Source: an uncultured delta proteobacterium
GTDB taxonomy: Bacteria; Myxococcota; Myxococcia; Myxococcales; Anaeromyxobacteraceae
Direction of reading: 5' to 3'
Length of the DNA stretch: 64,000 nt
Assembly (NCBI GenBank): GCA_963766715.1
Contig: CAVYBH010000015.1
Span: forward strand, 1 to 64,000
Shown here: positions 41,792 through 51,274 of the stretch, piece by piece
Layout of the letters: the number at the start of each line of letters is the position of its first letter
Numbering within the stretch: the first letter of the stretch is position 1
Made by a program: the position numbers and the translations under genes
The notes under the pieces: model-generated
The model's database searches: none
What the model was told of the DNA's origin: nothing
Seen by the model: only the letters and a program-made list of their open reading frames with translations

Positions 41792-42211
41792 CTACTTTCC
41801 CGCCCCCGATACCCCGACCTCGAGCGTGTAGCTCGTGCTCTCGTTGCGACGAGCGGCGCTCCGCATCAGGTAGACGCGGATCGTGTAGTCGCCGTCGACC
41901 GGCAGGGGTCCCTCGAAGCGGTTGCCCGAGGTGGAGCCGACGAAGAATGCCTCGGCGGCGCCGGACTGCATCACGTTGAAGTACGCGGACGGGTTTCCTG
42001 GCTTGAAGGTCACGACCATGGACTGTCCCGCGGCGGCCCGAACCTTGTAGTCCACGGTCTCGTCGCCCTTCAGCTTGCCCTTCAGGGTGGCGCTGGTCTG
42101 GCCCTTCTCGAACCGGACCTGCACTTCCCGGACCGTCGGGCCGGCCGAGGCCACGATCGGCGCGAGCAGCGAGCCCGCCAGGAACATCGCGAACAGGGTG
42201 CGAGGGGTCAT
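41792..42211 (-). CDS. PliG-like (g-type lysozyme inhibitor family) exported protein
   Basis: Signal peptide; VRFEKGQTSATLKGKLKG..VDY..AAAGQ, LPVDGDYTIRVYLMRSAARRN..SYTLEV, matching the PliG pattern as I recall it. Confidence 0.65.
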   Translation of the reverse strand: MTPRTLFAMFLAGSLLAPIVASAGPTVREVQVRFEKGQTSATLKGKLKGDETVDYKVRAAAGQSMVVTFKPGNPSAYFNVMQSGAAEAFFVGSTSGNRFEGPLPVDGDYTIRVYLMRSAARRNESTSYTLEVGVSGAGK

Positions 42212-42276
42212 CGTGGCAGCAACCTGCCTCATTTGGCTTTGACTGCCAATGGCTGCAGGGTTAGCAAGTCCGCGCG

Positions 42277-42732
42277 ATGCCCACTGCCCTGCCCGACCGC
42301 ATCGACAAGCAGGTTCTGCTCCATGCGCCGAAGGCCCGCATCTGGCGCGCCCTCACCGATTCCGCGGAGTTCGGCACCTGGTTCGGGGTGAAGCTCGACG
42401 GACCCTTCGTCCCCGGCGAGCGCGTCTCCGGACACATCACGCACCCGGGCTACGAGCACCTCCGGATGGAGGTCTGGGTCGAGCGGATGGAGGCGGACCG
42501 GCTCTTCTCCTTTCGCTGGCATCCGTACGCCGTGAATCCCGACGTGGACTACTCGGTCGAGCCCGCGACGCTCGTCGAGTTCCTGCTCGAGTCGGCCGAG
42601 GGAGGAACGCGGCTCCGGGTCGTGGAGTCCGGTTTCGACGGGATCCCGGAAGCGCGGCGCGACGAGGCCTACCGGATGAACAGCGGTGGATGGGAGCAGC
42701 AGATGAAGAACGTCGAGCGCCACCTGGGATAA
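42277..42732 (+). CDS. SRPBCC / AHSA1-like protein
   Basis: RIWRALTDSAEFGTWFG, FSFRWHPYA, TLVEF, GTRLRVVESGF, NSGGW. Confidence 0.9.
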   Translation: MPTALPDRIDKQVLLHAPKARIWRALTDSAEFGTWFGVKLDGPFVPGERVSGHITHPGYEHLRMEVWVERMEADRLFSFRWHPYAVNPDVDYSVEPATLVEFLLESAEGGTRLRVVESGFDGIPEARRDEAYRMNSGGWEQQMKNVERHLG

Positions 42733-42911
42733 TCGGACGCTTGGGGGAACCCATGTGATTCCGGGCACCCGGAATGCGCTTCCGGCTCGCGAGGAGCCTC
42801 GCCGCCTGACCGATGTGTGCGCATTCCGACATTTCCCAGGAGGAAGGGACTCGCTAGCATGTTCCTCGTCCTGCCCCCTGCGGGGCATCCGGACGTCCTG
42901 GAGGGGACATC

Positions 42912-43748
42912 ATGACGACGACGCATCGGTGGTTCGGCCTTGGCGCGGCGCTCCTGCTCGCAGGGTGTGGCGGGAGCAGCACCTCGCAGACGAACGCGGC
43001 GGCCAGCACCCCCTTCACCTACGGCCAGTCCCAGCCGGCCACCGCCGACCAGACGGGAGCGATGGGCGGGACGGTCGCGAGCATCGACGCCTTCCTGGCC
43101 TCGCCGGGAACGGGCTCGGGTCTCGGCGCCGCGGACGCGGGCAGCGTCACCGGAGCCATCCTCCAGGGAGGCGGGGTGGATTCCTTCTCGCCGTCCGCCG
43201 TGGGCGCGACCGGGGCGTCACCCTTCGACGTCCCTTCCTGCGCCGTCGTCTCGAGCGGCAAGGTCACCTTCACCGGCTGCAAGGTCACCGTCTCGCAGAC
43301 GAGCGGCAGCACGTCGACGAACGGCTCGGTGACGGTGAACGGCGACGTCTCGCTGTCCGCCGACCATCGGACGCTCACCTGGGATCTCACCTACGGGGTC
43401 GCGCTCACCATGAGCGGCACGAGCGCACTCTCGATGTCCGGCACCCAGCACTCGACGGGAACCATCGTGACCACCGCCACGTCGGCCGTGGGCGACATCG
43501 CCTCCGAGGTCTCCCTGACGGTCTCCGCCGGCGGCCAGACGGTGTCCGCGGCGGTCGACGAGAGCCTGACCTTCGACGTCACCCGCTCCGACACCTGTGC
43601 CACCGGCGTGACCGGCGGGACGCTCGAGGCGAAGCGCGTCTGGACTTCGCGGCCGGCCGGCGCGTCGTCCGCGGATCTCCCGGACGAGGCCGCCAAGATC
43701 ACGTGGAGCGGCTGCGGGGCGGGCACGATCCAGTTCGGGAATCGTTAG
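42912..43748 (+). CDS. Hypothetical beta-rich lipoprotein
   Basis: RBS GGAGGGG, lipobox LLAGC, Ser/Thr-rich alternating beta pattern, four further Cys. Confidence 0.75.
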   Translation: MTTTHRWFGLGAALLLAGCGGSSTSQTNAAASTPFTYGQSQPATADQTGAMGGTVASIDAFLASPGTGSGLGAADAGSVTGAILQGGGVDSFSPSAVGATGASPFDVPSCAVVSSGKVTFTGCKVTVSQTSGSTSTNGSVTVNGDVSLSADHRTLTWDLTYGVALTMSGTSALSMSGTQHSTGTIVTTATSAVGDIASEVSLTVSAGGQTVSAAVDESLTFDVTRSDTCATGVTGGTLEAKRVWTSRPAGASSADLPDEAAKITWSGCGAGTIQFGNR

Positions 43749-43912
43749 CCGCGGGTCGTCGCGTGCTGCCTCGTCGCGGGGCCCTCCCGGGTGGGGGCCT
43801 TCGCGGGGCGTGATCGTGGCCCTGGCTCGCCCGGGGTGCGCCGTCATGACCCGCGGGGCGCTCGGACCCGGATGGAATGGCGCGAAGTCTCGGGAATCCC
43901 TCGGCGTCGAGG

Positions 43913-43928
43913 CGGCACGAGCGATGCT
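43913..43928 (+). promoter_or_regulatory. Putative sigma54 promoter
   Basis: CGGCACGAGCGATGCT: GG(-24) and GC(-12) separated by exactly 10 nt, about 90 nt upstream of ATG 44019. Confidence 0.55.
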
Positions 43929-44018
43929 CTCCCCTCGGAATCCCCGCAGGGAGCGGGTGCCTCATCTGCCCGCGACACGAACGGGTCTCTTCGCTTCGCC
44001 CCACGCCTCGAGGTCACC

Positions 44019-44366
44019 ATGAACAGGATGTTTCGGTATGGCGCCGCGCTCCTCCTCGTCGGTGCGATGTCGGCATGCGGCGGCTCCAGTTCTCCGTCTG
44101 GCCGCACCGTGACCATCTCCTGGGCCCCGAACAGGGACGCGGGCGTGAACAAGACGGGGGGCGGCTACCGGATCACCATCCCCGGCCAGCCCACGGTCAA
44201 CGTCCCCTACGTATCCGGATCGGCTGCTCCGACCTCGACGGACGTCACGCTCCCTTCGGGCACCTACACGGTCACGGTCGTGGCGTATGCGGCCCTCGAT
44301 GCCCAGGGAGGCGCCACGGGTAGCTCGAGCGCGCCTTCCACCCCCATCACGGTCACGGTGCCGTGA
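44019..44366 (+). CDS. Small lipoprotein with fibronectin type III-like domain
   Basis: Lipobox MSAC; TVTISW, GYRI, LPSGTYTVTVVAY, SAPSTPITVTVP. Confidence 0.7.
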   Translation: MNRMFRYGAALLLVGAMSACGGSSSPSGRTVTISWAPNRDAGVNKTGGGYRITIPGQPTVNVPYVSGSAAPTSTDVTLPSGTYTVTVVAYAALDAQGGATGSSSAPSTPITVTVP

Positions 44367-44383
44367 TGCACCCAGGAGGAACC

Positions 44384-46237
44384 ATGACAACCCGTTCCGT
44401 CGTCCTCGCTGGTCTCCTGCTCTCCCTCCTCGTCCCGGCTGGCCATGCGCTGGCTGCCGGCACCGGACTGCAATCCGTCACCGATGGTCTCGGAACGTAC
44501 GTTCCCGGCGAGGTCCTCGTGAAGTTCACGCCGGGCGTCACCGCCCGCGCCAGGGCAGCGTCGCTCGCGTTCCAGGGGCACGCGCTCATCGCCGAGCTCC
44601 CCGAGCCGGGCTGGGCACAGGTTCGGCTGGAAGCCGGCCAGACCGTGGCCGGCGCGCTGGCGGCCTACCGGAGCAATCCCGGCGTGGAGTACGCCCAGCC
44701 GAACTACGTCTACCGGCCCTCGGCGATACCCAACGATCCGATGTACGGGCAGCTGTGGGCCCTGAAGAACACGGCCCAGACCATCTCGAACGCTTACACC
44801 CAGCCTCCGGGCTCGCCCGTTCCCTACGCCACCAACAATCCCGGCACGTCGGGCAACGACATGAATCTCGAGAAGGCCTGGGACACCATCACCGACTGCG
44901 GCGGCGTGGTGGTGGCCGTCCTCGACACCGGCGTCAACTACAACCAGCAGGACCTCGCCGCCAACATGTGGACCACCGCGGCCTACCCCAAGCACGGGAA
45001 GAACTTCATCGACAACAACGACGACCCGATGGACGGCGAGGGCCATGGCACGCACGTGGCAGGCACCATCGGCGCGGTGGGCAACAACGGGCTGGGCGTC
45101 TCCGGCGTGTGCTGGAAGGCGTCCATCATGGCCGTGCGGGTGCTCGGCGTGGGTGGCGGCAGCACCGCGACCATCATCAGCGGGATCGACTTCGCCATCG
45201 CGCAGGGGGCAAAGGTCATCAACATGAGCCTGGGCGACAACAACCCGCTCGATCAGCTCTTCAGCAACGCCATCACGAGGGCCAGGACCGCCGACATCGC
45301 CGTGGTCGTGGCCGCCGGGAACGAGAAGGCCGACAACGACGACGCCACGACCCCCACGTGGCCTTGCAACTTCTCGAAGACCCTCGACAACGTCGTCTGC
45401 GTCGCCGCGCTCGACCAGAAGTACGCCCTCGCCGCCTTCTCGAACTGGGGCGCCACGACCGTCACCGTCGGGGCTCCCGGGACGAACATCCTGAGCACCT
45501 GGGCGGGGACGGCCTCGAGCATCCAGGACCCGCTGAACGCCGCGACCGCCGGATGGACGCTCAGTGGATGGTCCTACCTGGCGTGCATCACCACGGGATC
45601 ATGCCTCGTCGACCCGTCGAACTTCCCGGACGGCCTCTACGCCAAGAACGCCGACAACCGGGCGTACAAGACCTTCGCCGTCGGCGCGGTGGACGTCGCG
45701 GTCCTGAAGTTCTACACGGATTTCACCGTGGCCGCCGGCGACACGTTCAAGATCGGCTACCAGGCAGGGGCCTCCGGCATCGATCCCTTCGCGGGTGGCG
45801 GGACGATCCTGGCCGCCACGAACGCGACGACGGGAGAGGGCACCGGCGGAAAGTTCATCGAGCTGGGGTACAACGTGACGGCTTGCAAGAGCTCGAGCTG
45901 CAACATCGGATACCAGCTCCTGTCCGGGAGCACGGGCTCCGCCGCGAAGGGAGTGGCGGTCGCGGCCTTCGAGATCTCGATGCTGAACTGGAACGCCACG
46001 AGCTACAACACGATCAACGGAACGTCCATGGCGACCCCGGCGGTGGCAGGCGTGGTGACGCTGGTTCGCGCCTACAACCCGCTGTACACCTACGCCGACG
46101 CGGTGAAGTCGGTCACGGCATCGGGCCGCGCGGTGAGCAGCCTGGCCGGCAAGACCGTCACGGGAAGGGCCGTCGACGCCATGGCGGCGCTGGCGTTCAT
46201 CCAGGCGCCGACCGGCGTGTCGGCCACGGTGAAGTAG
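44384..46237 (+). CDS. S8 subtilisin-family serine protease
   Basis: Signal peptide and propeptide; catalytic VLDTG, GHGTHVAGTI and GTSMATP; oxyanion AAGN; ~170-aa insert before the Ser motif. Confidence 0.95.
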   Translation: MTTRSVVLAGLLLSLLVPAGHALAAGTGLQSVTDGLGTYVPGEVLVKFTPGVTARARAASLAFQGHALIAELPEPGWAQVRLEAGQTVAGALAAYRSNPGVEYAQPNYVYRPSAIPNDPMYGQLWALKNTAQTISNAYTQPPGSPVPYATNNPGTSGNDMNLEKAWDTITDCGGVVVAVLDTGVNYNQQDLAANMWTTAAYPKHGKNFIDNNDDPMDGEGHGTHVAGTIGAVGNNGLGVSGVCWKASIMAVRVLGVGGGSTATIISGIDFAIAQGAKVINMSLGDNNPLDQLFSNAITRARTADIAVVVAAGNEKADNDDATTPTWPCNFSKTLDNVVCVAALDQKYALAAFSNWGATTVTVGAPGTNILSTWAGTASSIQDPLNAATAGWTLSGWSYLACITTGSCLVDPSNFPDGLYAKNADNRAYKTFAVGAVDVAVLKFYTDFTVAAGDTFKIGYQAGASGIDPFAGGGTILAATNATTGEGTGGKFIELGYNVTACKSSSCNIGYQLLSGSTGSAAKGVAVAAFEISMLNWNATSYNTINGTSMATPAVAGVVTLVRAYNPLYTYADAVKSVTASGRAVSSLAGKTVTGRAVDAMAALAFIQAPTGVSATVK

Positions 46238-46245
46238 GAGGCGGC

Positions 46246-46587
46246 ATGCGGGCTCTCGTCCTCTGTCTGGCGGCGGTCCTGATCCCCGGTGGTGCCGGGT
46301 GCGCAGGATCGCCGCCGAGCCCCGCCGAGGGACCTGCGAGCCCTTCCCCCACCCGGTCGGCCGTGCCGGGCGAGTACCTCGTCACAATCGCGCCCGGCGC
46401 GGGCGCCGGGGTGGTCGAGCAGGTGTACGGGCGCTTCGGGATCAAGAAGACCCAGGACCTGGGGAACGGGGTCGTCCTCGTGGCCCTGAAGGAAGACCCG
46501 GGGCTTGCGCGGATGACGGAGCTGCAGGCGCAGGACCCGCGGCTCACGGCGGTCCAGCCGAACTTCGTCTACAGGGCCCTTCACTGA
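46246..46587 (+). CDS. Lipoprotein resembling a free-standing subtilase propeptide (I9-like)
   Basis: RBS AGGAGG; MRALVLCLAAVLIPGGAGC, Pro-rich linker, VPGEYLVTI...AVQPNFVYR. Confidence 0.75.
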   Translation: MRALVLCLAAVLIPGGAGCAGSPPSPAEGPASPSPTRSAVPGEYLVTIAPGAGAGVVEQVYGRFGIKKTQDLGNGVVLVALKEDPGLARMTELQAQDPRLTAVQPNFVYRALH

Positions 46588-48280
46588 GCGATCCGGGCCC
46601 GGAACTCCGCTGTCCGAGCCGGCGGCTGGCCGGGTCGCTCCTGGCGCTCCTCTCCGCCGCCTGCGCGACCCCGGCGACAATCTCGAGGAACGTCGTCCAG
46701 ACGGACACAGGCGCCGTCCGGGGCGTCGAGCGCAACGGCGCGCTCGAGTTCCGCGGCATCCCGTTCGCCGCTCCCCCGGTGGGCGACCTTCGCTGGGCCC
46801 TGCCCCAGCCGGCCGCGGCCTGGCCGGGCGTTCGCGACGCGACCACCTTCGGCAACGCCTGCCCGCAGACCCGGCGCTTCGAGCTGACCGAGCGCAGCAC
46901 GACCGAGGACTGCCTGTTCTTGAACGTCAGCGCCCCACCCGACCTGGCGGCCGGGGAGAAGCTCCCGGTGCTGGTCTGGATCTACGGCGGAGCCTTCGTC
47001 GGCGGCTCCGGGAGCCTCTACCGGCTCGACAAGCTCGCGACGCGGGGACGGATGGTCGTGGTCTCCATGAACTACCGGATGGGCGTCCTCGGCTTCATGG
47101 GGATCCAGGGGATCGACGGCGACTTCAACGGCGACGTGGGGCTCGAGGACCAGCGATACGCGCTTCGCTGGGTGCAGCGAAACATCGCGGCCTTCGGAGG
47201 GGATCCGGACAACGTCACGGTGGGCGGAGAGTCGGCCGGAGCCGGCTCCACCTGCATGCACCTCATCAGCCCGGACCGCGTGAAGGGGCTCTTCCACAAG
47301 GCCATCGTCCAGAGCGGCGGCTGCCTGCAGCCCATGCCCACCCTCGCGAAGGCAATCGACGACGGCGACCCGAAGAGCCCCCCCATGTGGAAGAAGGTGG
47401 CGACCGAGGTGGGCTGCGGCGACGCCTCCGACGTCGTCGGGTGCCTCCGCGCCGCATCGGTCGACCAGCTGCTCCAGGCGCAGGGCAGGCTCAGCGTCGG
47501 GATCATGGCCCTCGGCCCGGTGGTCGGGAACGGGACCGTGCCGGCCCAGGCGGCGGACGCGGCGAGGACGGGCGCCGTGATGCGCGTGCCCTTGCTCATG
47601 GGCGGCACCCGCGACGAGCTTCGCCTCTACGTGGCCTACTCGAAGCTCTTCTCCCCCTTCCTGTCCGACTACTCCGAGGCGGGGCTGCGGAAGGACTGGC
47701 TCCCCACCTACTACGGGCCGGATGCGCCCGACCCCACCCACCCCGGCCAGACCCGGTACGAGTCGATCCTGAAGGAGTACCGGGTCGCGGAGGGCATGGA
47801 CGGGGCACGCCTCGGCTCGATGCTGTCCGACCACCAGGAGGCGGTCGGCCTCGACAACTGCCTGTACCTCGAGACCTCCGACGCCTTCCTGGACTGGGTG
47901 CCCGCCATCTACCAGTGGGAGTTCGCCGACCCCGCCGCGCTCGTGCTGGGGGTGGGCATCGCCAAGGGAATGGACCCCGGGTTCGCGCTGGGGGCCGTCC
48001 ATTCCTCCGAGCTCAACTACCTCTTCCCCCACCTGTCGAACACGGCGGCCATCGACGCCCCCGACCTCCCGCCGGCCTCCGAGGCCATGGGCGACCAGCT
48101 CGTGGCCTACTGGGCGAGCTTCGCGAGCACCGGGCCCCGGCGCCGGCCGGCCAGCCTTCCTGGCCCCGCTACGTGAAGGGCGGGACGAAGGTCATGCGCT
48201 TCACTCCGGGGAACGTGGCGCCCCACGACGCGCACGCGGCGCACCGGTGTGCGTTCTGGAGCACCCTGGGCAGGAACTGA
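46584..48280 (+). CDS. Type B carboxylesterase, probable lipoprotein (start codon unclear; frameshift near 48135)
   Basis: [69 protein letters not shown]. Confidence 0.88.
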
Positions 48281-48295
48281 CCCCGGCCAGCGCCT

Positions 48296-49539
48296 TCAGC
48301 CCAGGTCCTTCTCCTCCACCCGGTCGGCCGAGATGGCGTCGGCCTCGTGGTCGCGAAGCCGCAGCGCGGCCCTCTCCTTGCGGTACTCCCGGTACCACTC
48401 GCTCGCCACGATGAGCGACATGACCTCGTTGGTGCCCGGTCCAGATGGAGGCCAGCCGCAGGTCGCGGACGATGCGCTCGATCGGGAAGACGTTGGTGTA
48501 GCCGATGCCGCCCATCACCTGCATGCGTTGTGGGCCACCTTCTGGCAGGACTCGGTGACGAACTTCTTGGTCTCCGAGACCAGGCGCCGGATGTTGGCGG
48601 GCGGCGCTCCGGCGACCACGGCGCGGCTGGTCGTGTAGACCATGGCCCGCGCCGCGTCGAGCAGCATGGCGGCCTCGGCGACCTGGAAGCTCACCCCCTG
48701 GAAGTGGTTGATGGTCTGGCCGAAGGCCTTGCGCTTGAGCGGTGTAGCGCGTGGCGATCTCGCAGCGCCGGGCGCGCCGCGCCGATGGTCATGGCCGCGG
48801 TGCCGAGCCGCTCCGGGATCATCATCGTGTTGAAGACCGCGGCCCCGCCGTGGACCGTGCCGAGCAGGTTCGCCTGTGGGCACCCGCACGTCCTTGAAGA
48901 CGACCCGGCCGCGCCGCCGCCGCGGCAGCCCATCAGCCCGTAGAGGTACTCGGTCTCCACGCCCGGGGCCGCGATCGACGATGAAGCAGCTGATCGCCTG
49001 CTGCGGCTTGGCCGACGGGGTCGGTGCGCGCGTAGACCAGGAAGTAGTCGGCCGCCTCGCCGCCGACGATGAAGCGCTTCTGGCCGTTGAGCAGGAAGTG
49101 GTCGCCGCGCCGCTCGGCGGGTGGTGGTGCCGAAGAAGTCCGAGCCGCCGCGCGGCTCGGTCAGGCACTCGGCCGCGAAGATCTCGCCCCCCAGGAGCGG
49201 CTTCACGTACTGCTCGTGCTGCGCGTCGGTGCCGTGAAGACGATGGCGTCGCAGACCAGCTCCGCGCCCACGCCGAACACGCAGGCGAAGATGTAGCCGA
49301 GCGTGCCGACCTCCTCGATGACCATGGAGGTGCCACCCAGTCCATCCCGCGGCCGCCCCACGCTCGGGTAGCGGACCCCGAGCAGGCCGCGCCTGCCGGC
49401 CTCGCGCAGAAACTCCTTGGGGAAGCGGATCTTGCTCCTCGTCCATGTCCAGGATCATCTGGCGCGGCACCCAGCGCACCAGGTCGCGCACCTCCTCGCG
49501 CAGGGCCTTCTGCTCCCGGGTCAGCAGGAAGTCGAACAT
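48296..49539 (-). CDS. Acyl-CoA dehydrogenase (many frameshifts)
   Basis: [62 protein letters not shown]. Confidence 0.85.
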
Positions 49540-49546
49540 CACGTCC

Positions 49547-49969
49547 TCAGCGGACGTCGCCGGGGTGGATGGTCATCACCGGGCACCCGGCGTTTCGCAC
49601 GACGCTCTCGGTCACCGAGCCCGCGAGCATCTTCTCTCGATCCACGCGACCGTGCGTCCCCATGACGATGAGGTCGACTCCGTTCCTGGCCGCGTAGTCG
49701 ACGATGACAATCTCGGCCTGGCCCGTCACGCGCTGCAAGGTGACGTTGCCCACCCCCAGCCGCTTCGCGTCCGTCTTCCAGGCGGCGAGCGTCGTATCGA
49801 TCAGCTCGACATCGGCCACCTCCTCGGCGACCTTCCCCCCTCCGTCGACGTGCAGGAGGACGAGGTCCGAACCCAGCCGGCTGCACAGGTCCGCGGCGAC
49901 GCTCAAGGCGGCCTGCGTGGGTTCGGAGAAATCCACCGGACAGCAGATGGTCTTCCATTTCATTGCCAT
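49547..49969 (-). CDS. Universal stress protein (UspA family)
   Basis: WKTICCPVDFS, DLIVMGTHG, GSVTESVVRNAGCPVMT. Confidence 0.92.
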   Translation of the reverse strand: MAMKWKTICCPVDFSEPTQAALSVAADLCSRLGSDLVLLHVDGGGKVAEEVADVELIDTTLAAWKTDAKRLGVGNVTLQRVTGQAEIVIVDYAARNGVDLIVMGTHGRVDREKMLAGSVTESVVRNAGCPVMTIHPGDVR

Positions 49970-50015
49970 GATGCCCTCCGCTCCTTCCTCGGCGCCATCC
50001 TGCCTGCGGGTCGCG

Positions 50016-51158
50016 TCACCGTGCCGCGACGGCGAGCGGCGGAGCCTTCACCGGTCCGTTCAGCTTTCGCCGGACATGCTCGCCCAGGAGGAAGCGGAGG
50101 CGCTCGCAATCGACCTCGAGCGTTCGATCGACCTCCGGGTCGCCCAGTAGACCGCGCGTGCGGATCGTGTCGAAGACGGGCTCCTGCGAGAAGATGTAGG
50201 GCTCGTACACCTCGATGCCGTGGCGAAGGGCCTGCTCTTCATCGGAGAGGACCTCGGGCAGCGCTCCGGTGAGGCGCAGGCAACGGATCCCGAGCAGCTC
50301 GACCATCGCGGAGTAGAGCTCCCGGACGCTCACGGTGCGCGGGTTCACGAGGTGCAGCACCGAGCCCGGCGGCGGCCCCGCACGGACCGCGGCGAGCAGG
50401 AGCCGGATGACGTCGTCCACGCAGATGAGGTTCTTCTCCACCTCGTCGTGGCCGAGGACCGCGAAGGCCCCCGCGGGAAGCGCCGCCACGGCGGCTTCCC
50501 CGTACTTGCCCTCCAGCATCGTCCGGAAGCGCCAGAGCACCTTCAGGGCTCCGTAGATCATCTTGTCCGACTCGGCCGCGCCGTTTCGCGAGTCACCCAC
50601 GATGATCGACGGACGCAGGATGACCCAGTCGAGCCCCGATGCCCCCACGAGCCGCTCGGCCTCGTACTTGGACTCCTCGTACGGGTTGCAGAAACGGGGC
50701 GCTGGCGCGAGCAGCTCCTCCCGTACCTTCTCGCCGGGGCGGACCCCCGCCACGTAGGCCGTGGAGACGTGGAAGAGCTTGCCCGGCCGTTCGAGGCTGC
50801 GGAGGAACGCGATCAGGTTCCTCGTGCCCTCGACGTTGGCCTGGAAGGTCTCGGCGCGCCGGACCTCCTTGAAGTCGGTCCTCGCGGCCAGGTGGAAGCA
50901 GGCGTCGAGCGCTTCCGGGACGCCGTGCACGCCCTCGCGCGGCTCCAGGCCGAGCCCCGCGAGCGTCACGTCTCCCTCGACCACGTGGAAGCGCGGGTGA
51001 CCCACCAGGTCCCGGAGCTCCGGCCGCTGGGTCGGGAGCCCACCGTCCTTTCCTCGCGCCAGTGCCCAGACGTGAAGCTCGGGGTCGTCGCGGAGGAGCG
51101 CGCGCGTGAACACGCGGCCGACGAAGCCGGTCGCGCCCGTGACCAGTGCCTTTCGCAT
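50016..51158 (-). CDS. Extended SDR, male-sterility / fatty acyl-thioester reductase type
   Basis: LVTGATGFVG, HLAA, NVEGT, HVSTAYVAG, YEESK, RPSIIVGDS. Confidence 0.88.
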   Translation of the reverse strand: MRKALVTGATGFVGRVFTRALLRDDPELHVWALARGKDGGLPTQRPELRDLVGHPRFHVVEGDVTLAGLGLEPREGVHGVPEALDACFHLAARTDFKEVRRAETFQANVEGTRNLIAFLRSLERPGKLFHVSTAYVAGVRPGEKVREELLAPAPRFCNPYEESKYEAERLVGASGLDWVILRPSIIVGDSRNGAAESDKMIYGALKVLWRFRTMLEGKYGEAAVAALPAGAFAVLGHDEVEKNLICVDDVIRLLLAAVRAGPPPGSVLHLVNPRTVSVRELYSAMVELLGIRCLRLTGALPEVLSDEEQALRHGIEVYEPYIFSQEPVFDTIRTRGLLGDPEVDRTLEVDCERLRFLLGEHVRRKLNGPVKAPPLAVAAR

Positions 51159-51274
51159 CTTCTTGCCCCCCTTCCCTGGTCGATCTCGCCACTTGTTCGA
51201 TTGGCGGTAAACGGCCGGGAATCCGGCAAAAGGGGTCCCTCGTAGGTGTCGCCCCGGGCATGGCGCAGCCAGCG

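Noticed and set aside
40958..41979. LysR fused to a long C-terminal domain (641-aa ORF)
   Set aside because: This is read-through caused by the indel near 40830. The shifted frame ends normally at 40957, and the rest is antisense to real genes.
50000..50030. Sigma54 promoter upstream of the second USP gene (GGCACG on the minus strand)
   Set aside because: The GG-to-GC spacing is 9 nt rather than the required 10, and the site overlaps the end of the upstream CDS.
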